NCBI RefSeq assembly: GCF_009914755.1
Contig: NC_060926.1
Reading direction: 5' to 3' (one strand)
DNA length: 64,000 bases
From: the human T2T-CHM13v2.0 reference genome, Homo sapiens
The notes below the pieces were generated by a model. That model saw only the letters and a list, made by a program, of their open reading frames with translations. It was not told where the DNA came from and did no database searches. The stretch's first letter is position 1; every line of letters begins with the position of its first letter. The translations under genes and the position numbers were made by a program. Below are positions 36,186 to 53,169 of the stretch, piece after piece.

Positions 36186-38465
36186 GGCTAACTTTTGTGT
36201 TATGGAAAATAAAATCCATCCAGTCTCTGGATGATTTGATGAGAGGGAGAACAGAGGTTAGAATGAGAAAAAAAAAACCAAAAAAACTCAGTGTCAGAAT
36301 TCTCCAATATTATTTTGCCTACAGCAGACAAGGGGTGGGTCTTCCTAGAGAGAAAATCAGCTCTGGATATTTTTCAATAAAAACATATTGAAACCTTTGA
36401 TGGTTCCCTATTAAGTCCAAACTGCTTAGCATGGCATTCAAGATCTTCGCTTAAAGTGCCTCGCTTGTTTGTGAGATAGGAAATCTCATGTTGTCATGTT
36501 CTTGCTCTTGCTGTACCAGATACTCTTTTTCTTCTACTCCTCTTCAGAGAGTCCTGAACTATGCTTTTATAACCAACCCACGTGTTTCTAACTGTGAATT
36601 ATGATTGCATATGCCTCTACCACGGTGCTTACCACACTACATCATAAATATTCATTTGCACTTTGTCTCCATTCTAGGTAGCAAACTCTTTCAACATAAG
36701 AATTTTATCTAAGCACTCTTCACTTTATGCCTTTGCCAGTCAACACTATCCTGATGTTAACATCCATATGATGTAATCAATATTCAGTCAACAAATATCT
36801 GGAGTAGATAGCCATTGTACCCCAAAGTAAATCATATGAGCCCTACTTTTAAGAAATCCAAGCTGTCACTGGAATAAAAATGATGTTTCATCATCCACAA
36901 AGTAATTATTGCATAAAGAAGCCCCATACTCTGGCATCCACTTTACAAAAATAAAAAATCAGGGAAAGGATGAATCGTCATGGACTCGAGTACTAAATTG
37001 TCAAAGAAGATTTAATCAAGAGGAAGATCAATCTAGGATAAAATAAAGGCTTGGAGGGATATGCACAAAATGACTCACGAATGAAATTTCAGGTGGTTGG
37101 AGTCTTCCGTTGATCATATTGGATTTCAACTTAGTGCGATATGCACAAATTGTGATGCACACCATCCACCTTCTGTTGATGATCCCATATTAGGCATCAA
37201 ACAAAGTCTTGACAACTAATTCACATTTCGTCTTAAACAGCACAACACAGAGTTCTCTAACCTTTCGAAATATGAGTGTTATGATATTGACATCATGGTA
37301 TTATCTTAAAGGGAGACAGATTTTGAGGGTGTGCGTTGGGGAATTGGGGAAATAACTGTGGAGTGCTTGACGAATTGACTGCTACCCATGTGTGGCAAAA
37401 TGGCATGAATATTGATCCCTCAACTGAGAACTCCTTCAGAGTTAACACAGAGTGGCTACACATTCTTCTCAGGTCTCAGGTTGAGGTCATCTCTTTTTTT
37501 CTCTTTGTGTGTGGTGTATAGAGGGGAAGGAAGAGGAGGGAACTGAGAAAGCAACATGAGTTAGAAGAGAGGATCTGACAGACTCAGAGCAGCTCCGCGT
37601 TTCAAGCCACTTTTCTTTCCTCTTTGGTATTGCAAAATGTGTTTCTAATGCTTTACCTTGTCATTAAAAATCTCACTTCGTGGGATATTCAGAACTGAAA
37701 AGACATTTTTTACAGACTAAACAAGAAGGAACTCACTTATGGCTTGATTTTTGAGGTACTTTCAGCTCTAACATATTTTCGTTCAGCCATACCCAAATGA
37801 CCCCTAAGAAATAGGCCATGGTGGTTCAGAGAGTAGAATATGTGAGGTGCAGGTGACACCCATGCCCCCTCACTCACTGAGTTTAAAACTCTCACTAATA
37901 GTCATTACCCTGGCTTGTGAAAAATACTGTATAGGCAGTGAGATTACTAACCACAGAGTTAACACCAAAACGCTGAGCAGAGCTTTCTAATTGATAGAGA
38001 TTTTTTTATTTTTCTAATATCAGACAAGATGGCCTGTTCCCTCTACTTTCCTAACACTACGTTTTGAGGAATAGCCATAGAAGTTCCCATAATTTAAAAA
38101 GCAAAACATAGGAAGCATGAACTTTTTACAGTACCTCCTAACTGAAAGGCTGAGAAGCAATTAAATGTGAATTTTTTCGACTGTGAGCTTCATGACTTCC
38201 TCCATTTGTCTTCTTAATGCTTAAAATGTGATTGATAACATAGAGAGTGCTCTTTAAATATTTGCTGACTAAATAAAATTTGCTGCATGATATTTACAAA
38301 AGGCATACCCAGTAAAAAAAACACAGAAAGTGTAAAAATGAAGACATGAATTCATTTACCAGTTAGTAAATGATAATAAAAATAAAAGCATGCAATGAAA
38401 TTTTAAAATAAAAAATAGTAAATGGGTCAAAGGAGGACGCTTTAGATGGACTTTTAAAAATGTCA

Positions 38466-38598
38466 ATGCACAGGCATGGTGGTGCATGCCTGAAGTCCCA
38501 GCTACTTGGGAGGCTGAGGTGGGAGGATCACTTGAGCCCAGGAGTTCAAGTCCAGCCTGGGCAACACAGCAAGACCCCATCTCTGAAAAAAGAAAAGA
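38466..38598 (+). mobile_element. Alu monomer/AluJ fragment
   Basis: caggcatggtggtgcatgcctg...gaggatcacttgagcccaggag...accccatctct plus A tail. Confidence 0.8.
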
Positions 38599-39268
38599 AA
38601 AGGTCTCTTTTAAAAAGTTTCAATTCACCAGTAAGATGTTAACTTCTACTTGGGCTGCTTACAACATTGTATCAAAACACATAAAGCAAAAACTCCAAGA
38701 AGATTAGGAGAGGTGATAAATCCATGGTAATAGAAAAAGACTTTAACGTGTCACTTTCCAAAAAAAAGGGGATGGAATTTTCTAACACATCTCCTTACTT
38801 CTTTCTTGACTCAAAACAGTTCATTTAACCGCCAGAATGAGCTTTTTAAAACAAAAATCAGTTCATGTCACTCCCTTGCTCAAACTCCTCAGTGGCTTCC
38901 CACCACACAATAAGTCTCAGATTTCTTATCCAGGTCCACAAGTTTCTTTATGAGACAGCCCCAGCTCATCTCTTTGACCTCATCACCCTTTTATTACTTC
39001 ATGTTCTGGGTGCACTCTTACCAAAAAAACATAATTTGTCTTATAACTGAGGAGTTTTGTCAATTTAATATATATTATTTGGATTTTTTGACATTTTCGT
39101 GCTTTTAATTTCTTATGTAGTCTATTTCCACTTGTTTTAGTGGTCTTTTTGAAATTTTGCCAAGTATGCTTAGTTTCTGTGCTAATTAATTTCATTTAGG
39201 AATTCCTTCCTTGAAGGTATCTTTGAGGTGAAGTTTCAATCTTGTATAATAACTGGGAATAGAATTAG

Positions 39269-39680
<412 letters not shown>

Positions 39681-40239
39681 TATCTCGCTTTTTTAAATAG
39701 ATAATATATTTGTTATCCTCTGTTACTTTTAGAATATTTTCTTTCTAGTGTCCTGCAGTTCATTTGCTTTTTAAATTTATCATGCTGGGGACCTGTATTT
39801 CTAAAATCTAAGAATGCATGGAAGCCATCATGTGAGCTCCTACTTAAATTTTGTTTTACAGGTTTTTCTTAATTTTTGTTTCCGTGATTTCTTTTAATTT
39901 GTGGTGAGCTTATCTGTGCATTTAAAAGCCTGTTATAATTTATATCGCATTTCTATGTGTTTATAGTGGAATGGTTTTTTAATTTATCTAGCCAGAAATA
40001 GAATTCAAAACTGGAATAATGGATTACTTAGATATGAACAATGAGAGCACTACATATGAAAGCATACAAAATCACCTCTCAAAAATATCAAAAATTAAAT
40101 GCATTTATTAAAAAAGGGATGAAAATTAAGTATCTGAGTAAAGTTAGAAAAAATTAGAAAAATAATAAAAAGTAAAATGAGGAAATAAGGCAGATATACC
40201 ACCAGATTGTATGATCCATGACCATAACAAGTGTAGATG

Positions 40240-40830
40240 AGAATATTGAGCCAGAACTCCAGCCCTATAAGGAAAGTGTAAATTGGTATAACCATTTTTA
40301 AAAAACAATTTGGCATTATGTAATATAATTAAAGATGTACATAGTGCATGATTCAGCAATTCCACTCCTAGGCATATATTCTAGAGAATTTCTTACATAT
40401 GTGCCCCAAGGGACACACCATAAGAATGTTCACAGTAACATTGTTTGCAATAGCAAAGAAATACAGGAAATAACGCAAATGCCCATCAACAGTAGAATGA
40501 ATAAATTGTGATAATTCACACAATGGTATACTATGCAGCAATGAAAATGAATAAACTACTGCTACACACATCTGTATGGATGAATGTCAGGAACCACGCT
40601 GAGTGAAGAAAGCAAGTTGCTGAAGTATAAATATAGTGTGATCTCACTCGTGGATTTAGCAGCTTTCAAACCTAGACACTTTATTGTTTAGGGATACAAA
40701 TGTATGTGGTAAAATGGCAACAAAAAGAAAAAAAATGACAAATGCAAATTTTGGGTCAGTGGTTGCTCCAGGCGGAAAGAGAGCAGAGTGGTGTCAGGGA
40801 GGAGGCACAAGAGGCTTCAAAGGTAATGGT
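40240..40830 (+). mobile_element. L1M 3' fragment
   Basis: attcagcaattccactcctaggcatatattctagagaa...aaatgcccatcaacagtagaatgaataaattgtg. Confidence 0.75.
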
Positions 40831-41852
40831 AACATCTGGGTATAAAATGTCAACAACAGTTTGCAAAAGCCAGAATTCTCCGATGTTTTGTATTAGAAGG
40901 AATAGATGGGTACTAAATTCCTGTATCTTGGTTTCCTCAATTAGTATCATCCGAATGTCCCAGGTGAAGAAGCTAAGTCCTAGGGACAAGATTTGGACCT
41001 TTGAATGCAGGTTTCTCCATGTCGATCCAAGGGCAGCTGTGCTGTAGCCAACCCTGGGGACTAAAGCAAATTAGAGGTCTGTTTATTCTCTACACTTGTG
41101 GAGGTGTGTGTTATCTAGATTTACAACTATTCCTGAAGAGAAGACAGCATGAAACACGCCATTCATTCCACACTAAATTACAATTGGAACATAACTGAAG
41201 AGAAACGTTTCTTAAGAAACGAGGGACTTTCATTCTTCACATTAAATCCTTCTGTTCTCTTTGACTTTTCACTATAAGCAGAGCTTATATTCAGTGGGTA
41301 TGCATCAGTAGGGCTAGTAAGTTGTTCGATCCTAATCTTTTCTGATTAGTTATTGCTCATACTGTCTTGGTTGTAAAATAGCTTCAACATCACTCCTAAC
41401 TGCAAACAAAAACTGCAGGTTGGCCTAATACTTCTCCCGTATTGATAGAGCAATGTCTACAAATAGTTGAGAGAAAGAAAAAGTAAACCAAGAACTTTAT
41501 AGCAAGTCAGGGTGTCCTTTACAGTACCAGATATTCTTAAGCATGAACGTCCTCAAAGATTACAGCATCATTGAGAGCTTCTTGAAAAACTACTTGATGA
41601 AATCTAGGCAATTCAGAATGAAGCAAAATTTGAAACCTCAGGAATGGAGAAGTAATGGTGAAAGAAGTGGTGATGAGCACTGAATCTACCTATACACAAA
41701 ATTAAAGAAATGTGTGGAATTGCCATGATACAACAAGGATAATGTAACTAACAAAATATAAATGATGAAAATTGGCAGGTGGGGATGGGAACGAGAAGTG
41801 GAAGCAAATTTAAGAACGTTAATTTCTCCTCATATTTAATAGCATGGAGTGA

Positions 41853-42212
<360 letters not shown>

Positions 42213-44559
42213 GGTTTTCATAGTTTTAAAAATTAACTTGAGTGGAATTTCTTTTGGGAAAAAATATTTCTTATGGTAAGGAAACATTTAATATTTTAAA
42301 ATAATATTTAATTGAATTCAAATAAAAATAAAATTTTATTTTAAAATATATATTAATAATATGGTTTCATTTTTTGATCTGATATTCCTATGTAGGTATT
42401 CATTTATTCATAAGTCACTTATTGAGCACCTAGTATGTGTCTAGGCACACTGTCCAGGCACTGGGGATATAGAAGTAAACCAAACAAAATCCCTCCCTTT
42501 ATGAAGATGGTCTTCTAATGGCAAGAAAAAGGCAAGTAAATATAGAGGAGGTCAGAGGTTTATAAAAGCTATGGAGGAAAATAATGTAAGGTAAGAGATA
42601 TGGAGTGTTCCTGGTGTGTGTGTGGGTGGGTGGGGGCAGGGGATGGGAGCAGCAGTAGTAATTCCACCTTCCATCTGCATATATACATGTATAAGGGGAT
42701 GTCTGGAATGACACCTATCAAATATTAATATGTTTATTTCCAGGCCATAGATTTTTTATTTTTTCATACTTTCTTCTTTGCACTTTTTGTGTTGCTTTAA
42801 TTTTAAAAAATTATGAATATGCACTATTTTTATTTTTCTTAAGTCATTCTATCTGAGGGAGAAAGACAAAAAGGAAGGTGAATAAGGAAAAGGGTTTTGC
42901 AACAGTAAGTCCAATAATAATGATTCAGAAATCATGCTTCTAGATATTTATCCAAATGAGTTGAAAACTTACTCCTACACAAAATTGCATATGAATGCTA
43001 GTAGCAGCTTTATTCATAATAGCCAAAAATGAATAAACAAACTAGGGTACATCTGTACAAAAGAATATTATTCAGCAGCAAAAAGAAATGAGCTATTAAG
43101 CCATGCAAAGACACAAAGGAACCTTAAAAACATATTGCCAAGTGAAAGAAGCCAGTCTAAGAAGGCCACGGCCTATATGATTCCAATTACATGACAGTCT
43201 AGAAAAGGCAAACTGTAAAGTGGGGCTCATACAACACAGTCTACCACCATTCACACCTGAGCAATCCTTCCAAAGTCTAAGGTTGGGCCAATCCAACCTG
43301 CTGCTACAACCACAGCTGGCACCCACCCACATGTGCTACCTATAGGCCTGGGGACTGGCCCTCCCAGCCCATCACAACTACTTCCAACATCAGCATAGCC
43401 TGCATGGGAGCAAATGGTTGTCCCATCACTGCTACTGCCATTGCCCATGCCATACTGCCTGCCCGGGGGTCCAAGAACCCACACACCTGCCTGGCCTACT
43501 GTTGCTATATCCAGCACTTACGAAAGCCACCTAGAGGCTTAATATTTGGCCCACCTGGACTTGCTAACACTGGTGCCAGCATACTCCACACTGGGTCCCA
43601 AGGACAGACATGGTCAGCCCACTGCTGCCACCCCTGGGGCCTAAATACTGGCCCACCTGGTGTCCTAGTCCCCAGAAAAACTTCAACACAGCCTCCACTA
43701 ACAAATGCACCCTAAGCCATCAAGGAAATCATAGACACCACTGATGTTGTTTATAGCCAAAGAAATTACACAGAGACTACACTACTGTACACACTCAGAA
43801 TCAAAGCCAAAGTATACTACCCAATCAAGATCATAGGACAAAAGGCAAGTCTCAAAAATTGTTCTAAAAATCAAAATTATATCAGATATCTTCTTAGACC
43901 ACAATAGAATAAAACCAGAAATCAACAACAAAAGGCACTTTGGAAACTGTACAAATGCATGAAAATTAAACATGCTGCTACTGGATAATCATTGCATCAA
44001 GGAAGAAATTGAGGAAATAAAAAAATTCCTTGAAACAAATGAAAATTGAAACAACATATCCAAATCTATGAAAAAGCAGTGCTAAAAGGGAGGTTCATAG
44101 AAATAAACACCTACATAAAAAGATAAAAAAGTCAAATAAACAATCTAATCATGCACCTCAAGTAACTAGAAAAGCAAGAAAAAAAAACCGAAATTAGTGG
44201 AAGGAAAGAATTAATAAAGATCAGAGCAGAATAAAATGGAGACTAAAAAAAGATACAAAGGATCAACAAAATGAAAAACTAGTTGTTTTGAAAAGATAAA
44301 ATCAATAAACAACTTGCTAGACTAACCATAAAAAAGAGAGATGACCCAAATAAATAAAATCAGAAATGAAAAAGGAGACATTACAACTGACATCACGAAA
44401 ATATAAAAGATCATCAGAGACAATTATGAAAAATACACTAACAAGCTGGAAAACCTAGAAGAAATGGATAAATTCCTGGACTCATGCAACCTAGCAAGAT
44501 TGAATCAGGAAAAAAACCCAAAAAGACCTGAACAGACTAATAATGAGTAAGGAGATTGA

Positions 44560-44925
<366 letters not shown>

Positions 44926-45627
44926 CTTTACTGCCAAATTCTATCAAACTTTCATAGAAGAACTAACACCAATTCTCCTCAAATTATTCCAAAAAATTGA
45001 AGAGGAAGAAATTCTCCCTAGCTCGTTCTATGCCAGCACTACCCTGGTACCAAAACCAGACAAGGACACAACACAAAGAGACAACTACAGGCCAATATCC
45101 CTGATGAATACTGATGCAAAATTTGTCAACAAAATACTAGCAAATCAAATCCAACAGCATCTCAGAAAAAAAAAAAAAAAACAAAAAACAAAAAACCAAT
45201 GTGATCAAGTGGGATTTATCCCAGGGATGCAAGGATGGTTCAACATATGCAAATCAGTAAACATGATAAATCACATCAGCAGAATGAAGAACAAAAATCA
45301 TATGACCATCTCAATAGATATAGAAAAAGCATTTGGTGAAATTCAATGTCATTCATGACCAAAACTCTCAACAAATGAGGCATAGAAGGAATATACTTCA
45401 ACATAAAAAGGCCATACATGACAAACCTACAGCTAACATCATACTGAATAAGAAAAAGCTGAAAGTCTTTTCTCTGAGAGCTCTGAGAGCTGGAACAAGA
45501 CAAGGATGAACATTTTTCAACTACTCCTATTCAACATATTGCTGGGAGTCATAGCCAGAGCTATTAAGCCAGAGAAGGACATAAAAGGCACCCAAACTGG
45601 AAAAGAGGATGTCAAATTGTCTTTCTT

Positions 45628-45919
45628 GGCCAGGAGCTGTGGCTTACGCTTGTAATCCCAGCACCTTGGGAGGCCAAGACTGGCAGATCATTTGAGGTCA
45701 GGAGTTCGAGACCAGCCTGGTCAACACAGTGAAACCCCATCTCTGCTAAAAATACAAAAATTAGCTGGGTGTGGTGGCATGTGCCTGTATCCCAGCTACT
45801 CAGGAGGCTGATGCAGGAGAATTGCTTGAACCTGGGAGGCGCAGGTTGCAGTGGGCCAAGATCACACCACTGAACTCTAGTCTGGGTGACAGAGTGAGAC
45901 TCTGTATCAAAAAAGAAAA
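45628..45919 (+). mobile_element. AluS inside L1
   Basis: TSD aaattgtctttctt / aatttgtccttctt. Confidence 0.92.
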
Positions 45920-46197
45920 ATTTGTCCTTCTTTGCTGATGATATGATTTTATACTAGAAAATCCTGAAGAGTCCACCAAAAATCTCCTAGGTCTGATAAA
46001 TAGGTTCAGTAAAGTTGCAGGATACAAAATTAACATACAAAAATCAGTAGCATTTCCATACAATGAAAATGAATTAGCTGAGAAAGAAATCAAGAAGACA
46101 ATCTCATTTATAATACCTATAAAAAATAAAATACTTGGGAATAAATTTAACGAAGAAAGTGAAAGATCTCTACAAGGAAACTTTAAAACACTGATTA

Positions 46198-46500
<303 letters not shown>

Positions 46501-49500
46501 ATTGAAGAGGACACAAACAAATGGAAAGACATCTCTATGTTCATGGATTGGAAGAATTAATATCATTAAAATGATCATACTGCCGAAAGCAATCTACAGA
46601 ATCAAAGCAATCCCTATTAAAATACCAATGTCGTTTTTCACAGAAATAGAAAAAACAAAATAGTAAAATAGAAAAAAAATTTGTATGGTACCAAAAAGAG
46701 CCTGAAGAGCCAAAGCAATCTGAGCAAAAAGAACAAAGCTGGAAGCATCATACTACCTGACTTCAAAGTATATTATAAGACTATAGTAACCAAAACAGCA
46801 TGTTACTGGTATAAAAACAGACACATAGACCAATGGAACAGAATAGAGAACCCAGAAATAAATCCACATATTTACAGCCAACTAATTTTTGACAAAGGTG
46901 CCAGGAACCTACACTCGGGCAAAAACATCCTCTTCAATAAATCGTGGTGGGATATCCCTACACCAAAGAATAGAACTGGACCCTATCTCTCACCATATAT
47001 AAAAATCAACTCAAGATGGATTAAAGATTTAAATGTAACACCTAAAATTATAAACTGCTACAAGATAACATAAGGAAAATGCTTCAGGACATTGGTCTAG
47101 GCAAAGATTTTATGCTTATGACCTCAAATGCACAGAAAACAAAAACAAAAATAGATAAATAGAACTACATTAAACTAAAAAGCTTCTGCACAGCAAAGGA
47201 AACAATCAGCAGAGTGAAGAGACAATCTGCTGAATGGGAGAAAATATTTGCAAACTATTCATCTGACAAAAGGCTAATATCCAGACTATAAAAGGAACTC
47301 AAACTATTCAACAGTAAAAACCAAATAATCCCATTAAAAAGTGGGCAAAAATATGAATAGACATTTCTCAAAAAAAACTAAATCCAAACCCAGCATAACA
47401 CAAGAAATAACAAAGATCAGAGAACTAAATAAAATCAAAACAAAAAAATACAAAAGACAAATGAAACAAAAAGCATGTTATTTGAAAAGATAATATTGAT
47501 AGACCATTAGTGAGATTAACCAAAAAAAGAAGAGAGAAGATCCAAATAAGATTTCATTTCGCATCGAGAAATGAAACTACAGCCAATACCGCAGAAATAC
47601 AAAAGATTAGCTAAGGCTATTATGAACACTTTTATGTGCACAAACTAGGAAATCTAGAGGAGATAGATAAATTCCTGGAAATATAAAACCCTCCTAAATT
47701 AAATCAGGAAGAAACAGAAACCCTGAACAGACCAATAGCAAGCAGCAAAATTGAATCAGTAGTTTAAAAAAAATTGCCAACCAAAAAAGTCCAGGACCAG
47801 ATGGATTCACAGCTGAATTCTATCAGACATTCAAAGAAGAATTGGTACCAGTCCCACTGAAACTATTGCAAAAGATAGTGAAAGAGGGAATTCTCTCTAA
47901 ATCATTCCATGAAGCCAGTATCACCCTAATACCAAAACCAGGAAAGGGCATAACAAGAAAACTACCGGACCAATAGCTCTGATGAACATAGATGCAAAAA
48001 TCCTCAACAAAATGCTAGCTAACAAAATCCAACAGCATATCAAAAAGATAATACATCATGATCAAATGGGTTTATATTAGGAATACAGGGATAGTTTAAC
48101 ACACGCAAAGTCAATAAATATGATACATTACATAAACAGAATTAGAAACAAAACCATATGATCATCTCAATAGGTGCAGAAAAAGTCTTTGATAAAATCC
48201 AGCATCCCTTTATGATAAAAAACCCTCAACAAAATAGGCATAAAACGAACTTAAAATAATAAAAGCCATATATGACAAACCTACAGCCAACATTATACTG
48301 AATGGGGAAGAGTTGAAAGCATTCCCCCCGAGAGCTGGAACAAGGCAAGAGTGCCCACTTTCCCCACTTCTAATCAACATAGTACTGGAAGTCCTGGCCA
48401 GAGCAATCGACAAGAGAAAGAAATACAAGGCATCCAAATTGGAAAAGAAGAAGTCAAATTGTCACTGTTTGCTGATGATATAATCGTATACCTAGAAAAC
48501 TCTAAAGACTCATCCAGGAAGCTCTTAACTCTGATAAAGGAATTCAGTAAACTCTCAGGATACGAAATCAATGTACGCAAATCAGTAGCTCTGATATACT
48601 CCAACAACGACCAAGCTGAGAATCAAATCAATAACTCAATCCCTTTTACAATAGCTGCAAAAAAGAAAGAAAGAAATACTTGGGAATATACCTATCCAAG
48701 GGGGTGAAAGATCTCTACAAAGAAAACTGCAAAATACTGCTGAAAGAAAGCATATATAACATGAACAAATGGAAACACATTTCATGCTCATGAATGGGAA
48801 GAATCAATATTGTGAAAATGACCACTCTGCCCAAATCAGTCTACAGATTCAATGCAATTTCCATCAAAATATCATCATCATTCTTCATAGATTTAGAAAA
48901 AACAATCCTAAAATTCATATGAAACCAAAAAACAACCTGCATAGCCAAAGCAATACTAAGCAAAAAGAACAAATCTGGAGACATCATATTACCCAACTTC
49001 AAATTATATTAGAAGGCTATAGTTACCAAAACAGCATGGTACTGGCATAAAAGTAGGCAGGTAGACAAATGGAACAGAATAGAGAACCCAGAAACAAAGG
49101 CAAATATTTACAGCCAACTGATCTTCGACAAAGCATGCAAAAATATAAATCAGGGAAAAGACACCCTATTCAATATATGGGCTGGGAAAACTGGCAAGCC
49201 ACATGTAGAAGAATGAAACTGATTTCTCAGCCTATACAAAAATCAACTCAACATGGATCAAAGATTTAAATCTAAGACCTGAAGCCATAAAAATTCTAGA
49301 ACATAACATTGGAAAAATACTTCTAGGCATTGGCTTAGGCAAAGAATTCATGGCTAAGACCCCACAAGCAAATGCAACAAAAACAAAGATAAATAGATGG
49401 GACCTAATTAACTAAAAAGCTTCTGCACAGCAAAAGAAATAATCAGCCAAGTAAACAGACAACCCACAGCGTGGGAGAAAATATTTGCAAGCTATGTATC

Positions 49501-50525
49501 TGACAAAGGACTAATATCCATAATCTGCAAGGAACTCAAACAAATCAGCAAAAAAACTAATAATAATCCCATCAAAAAGCGGGCAAAGGACTTGAATACA
49601 CAATTCTCAAAAGAAGATATACAGTCAACAAACATGTAAAAATGCTCAACATCACTAATTGTCAGTAAAATACAAATTAAAAACCACAATGAGATACCAC
49701 CTTACTCCTGCGAGAATGGCCATAATGAAAAAGTCAAAAACCAATAGACGCTGGCATGGATGTAGTGAAAAGGGAACACTGTTAGACTGCTGATGGGAAT
49801 GTAAACTAGTACAACCACCATGGAAAACAGTATGGAGATTCCTCAAAGAAAAGCAGAACTGCTATTTAATCCAGCAATCCCACTACTGGGTATCTACCCA
49901 AAGGAAAAGAAATCATTATATAAAAAATACACACGCACAACCATGTTTATAGCAGTACAATTCACAATTGCAAAGATAAGGAACCAACCTAAGTGTCCAT
50001 CAACCAATGAGTAGATAAAGAAAATGTGGTATATATACACTATGGAATACTACTCAGCCATAAAAAGGAATGAAATAATGTCTTTTGCAGCAACCTGGAT
50101 AAAACTGGAGGGCATTATTCTAAGTGAAGTAACTCATAAATGGAAAACCAAATATCATATGTTCTCACAAGTGGGAGCTAAGCTATGAGGATGCAAAGGC
50201 ATAAGAGTGATATAACGGACTTTGGGGACTTGTGGGGGAAGGTTGGGAGCGGGGGGTGAGGGATAAAAGACTACATATTGAGTGCAGTGTACACTGCTCA
50301 GGTGACAGGTGCACTAAAATTTTAGAAGTCACCACTAAAGAACTTATCCATGTAACCAAAAACCACCTGTACCCCAAAAACTACTGAAATAAAAAGAATT
50401 TAAAAATTTAAAAGACATACAAATAGTCAACAGATATAAGAAAAAATGCTCAACATCACTAATCAGGAAAATGCAAATTGAAACCACAATAAGATATCAT
50501 CTTACCCCCGTTAAAATGGTTATTT

Positions 50526-51007
<482 letters not shown>

Positions 51008-53169
51008 TAGAATGGCTATTTTTAAAAAGACAAAAAATGACATGCTGGTGACAATGCAGAGAAAAAGGAAGTCTGTACACTGTTGGTAGGAATGTAAATT
51101 AATACAACCAGTATGGAAATGTCTCAAAAAACTAAAAATATAACTACTATAGGCTCCAGCAATCCCACTACTAGGTATTTATCCAAAGGAAAAAAAATTA
51201 GAATATAAAAGAGATGCCTGCACTTGCATGTTTATTGCAGGACTATTCACAATAACAAAGATTTGGAATCAACCTAAGTGTCCATTGATGGAAGAATGGA
51301 TAAAGAAAATAAAGAAAATAGATATATATATACACACACACACACACATGCATACACACATATAATAGAATACTATTTGGCCATAAAAAGAATAAAATCA
51401 TGTCATTTGCAGCAACACGGATCGTACAAGATGTCATTATGTTAAATAAAATAAGCCAGGCACAGAAAGACAAATATCGCATGTTCTCACTCATATGTGG
51501 GAGCTAAAGAAGTGGATCTCATGGAGATAAAGAGTAGAATATAGATACCAGAGGCTGGGAAGGGTGGGTGGATGGAGGGAAATGAAAAGAGCCTGGTTAA
51601 TGGGTACAAACATACAGTTAAATAGAAGGATTAAGTTCTAACATTCTATAGCAGGGTTAATATAGTTAACAACAATGTAATGTATATTTCAGAGTAGCTA
51701 GAAGAATGGGTTTGAAATGTTTCCAACATAGAAATGATAAATTCAAAGATGATGAATAATCCAAATACCCTGACTTAATCATTACACATTCTATGCATGG
51801 AATAAAATATTTCATGTACCCCATAAATATGTAAAGTATTGTATATCAATAAAAAAAGAATTATCACATGGGAGAAAAATCCAGAGAGTGAAAAGATCGG
51901 TAGTGTTCAGGGGCTCCGTGGGAAGCGAGAGAAGGATGAATATTGGAGAGGACAGGAGATTTTCAGGGGCCATGAAACTCTCTAGTATGATATTGTAATG
52001 GTAGATATATGACATTATGCATTGTCAAAACCCATAAAATTATACAACACAAGGAGTGAATCTTAATGTAGTCTTGAAATGTAAGTTAATAATAATGTAT
52101 CAATATTATTTCGTCAACTGTCACAAATGTATGCTACCAATGCAAGACATGAATAATAGGTGAAACTGGGATGTGGAGCTGGGAAGGAAGTATATGAGAA
52201 CTTCACTTTCTGCTCAATTTTTCTGTAAACCTAAAACTACTCTTAAAAATAAACTGCACTAATTTTTTTAAGGTCCATTAATTTTCTTAAAGCAAAGCAT
52301 TCTTGAATTATCTGGGGCAGATATTTATTTTTAGCAAACCTTTAGCAAAAGACTATGGTTCTTGCTGCAGGTTTTAGAATCAATTATCTCCATACTCCTA
52401 ACATTTCTGTGAGGAAAGTACCAGTGTGATTGCCCCTTACACTGCTGAGGAAACTGAGGCCAGAGTGTGTGAATATCTTACTCAGGGCCACATTGCAAGT
52501 GGCAGGGCCAGGATTCAAGTAACCCTTGCTCCTGGGTGTGAGTCTGCCTCCCCTTAAATAGGCCAAGGGCTGCTGAACGATGGTGTTTATTGCTTCCACC
52601 TTGGAGCTTCTTGAATTTGCCATCGGGAAACTGGTTTTGTTTTGTCCTTTATAGCAAGCCATTCCAAACTGTTATTGGAAGTAGGTGTAATATAAATAAT
52701 AAAATACTGAAACTAGAGATCTCAGCTGTTCTATAAAGAACCAAAATAAATCTACCTTATACATCCCTTAGTTCCCCAGGTATCATATTGTTTACTCCTT
52801 TTTGCTGTAATTGTCAACATGGTTTGTATTTAAAATCCCAGAGGATGAAAATATTTAAACCAGATAAGCACAGCGTCAACAGCCTTTTGATAGGGAATTT
52901 TTTTTTTTCTTTTTTGTGGGGAAGAGAGGATCTTATTTTTTAAAAAAGACTCATCATACCACCCTTCCCCGCAAAAAACACACACAACTTAATGGGATTA
53001 TAGTAGGTTAAAAAGAAGCATAAAACTCAGGTTTGTTTAGGTGTAAAACCATAGCTGACAATGATTTTTACTACTAGCTTCTGTGTTGTTAATACAAATG
53101 CCCAGTAAGCACAATTTATAAATTGATATATATGGAAGCACAAGAAAGAGCAAGTGTTTTTTTCAACTC

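Noticed and set aside
36950-37160. Repeated gatatgcacaaa 12-mer and weak RTE/L4-like coding flavour
   Set aside because: Too degenerate to assign by eye; likely an ancient LINE remnant or chance.
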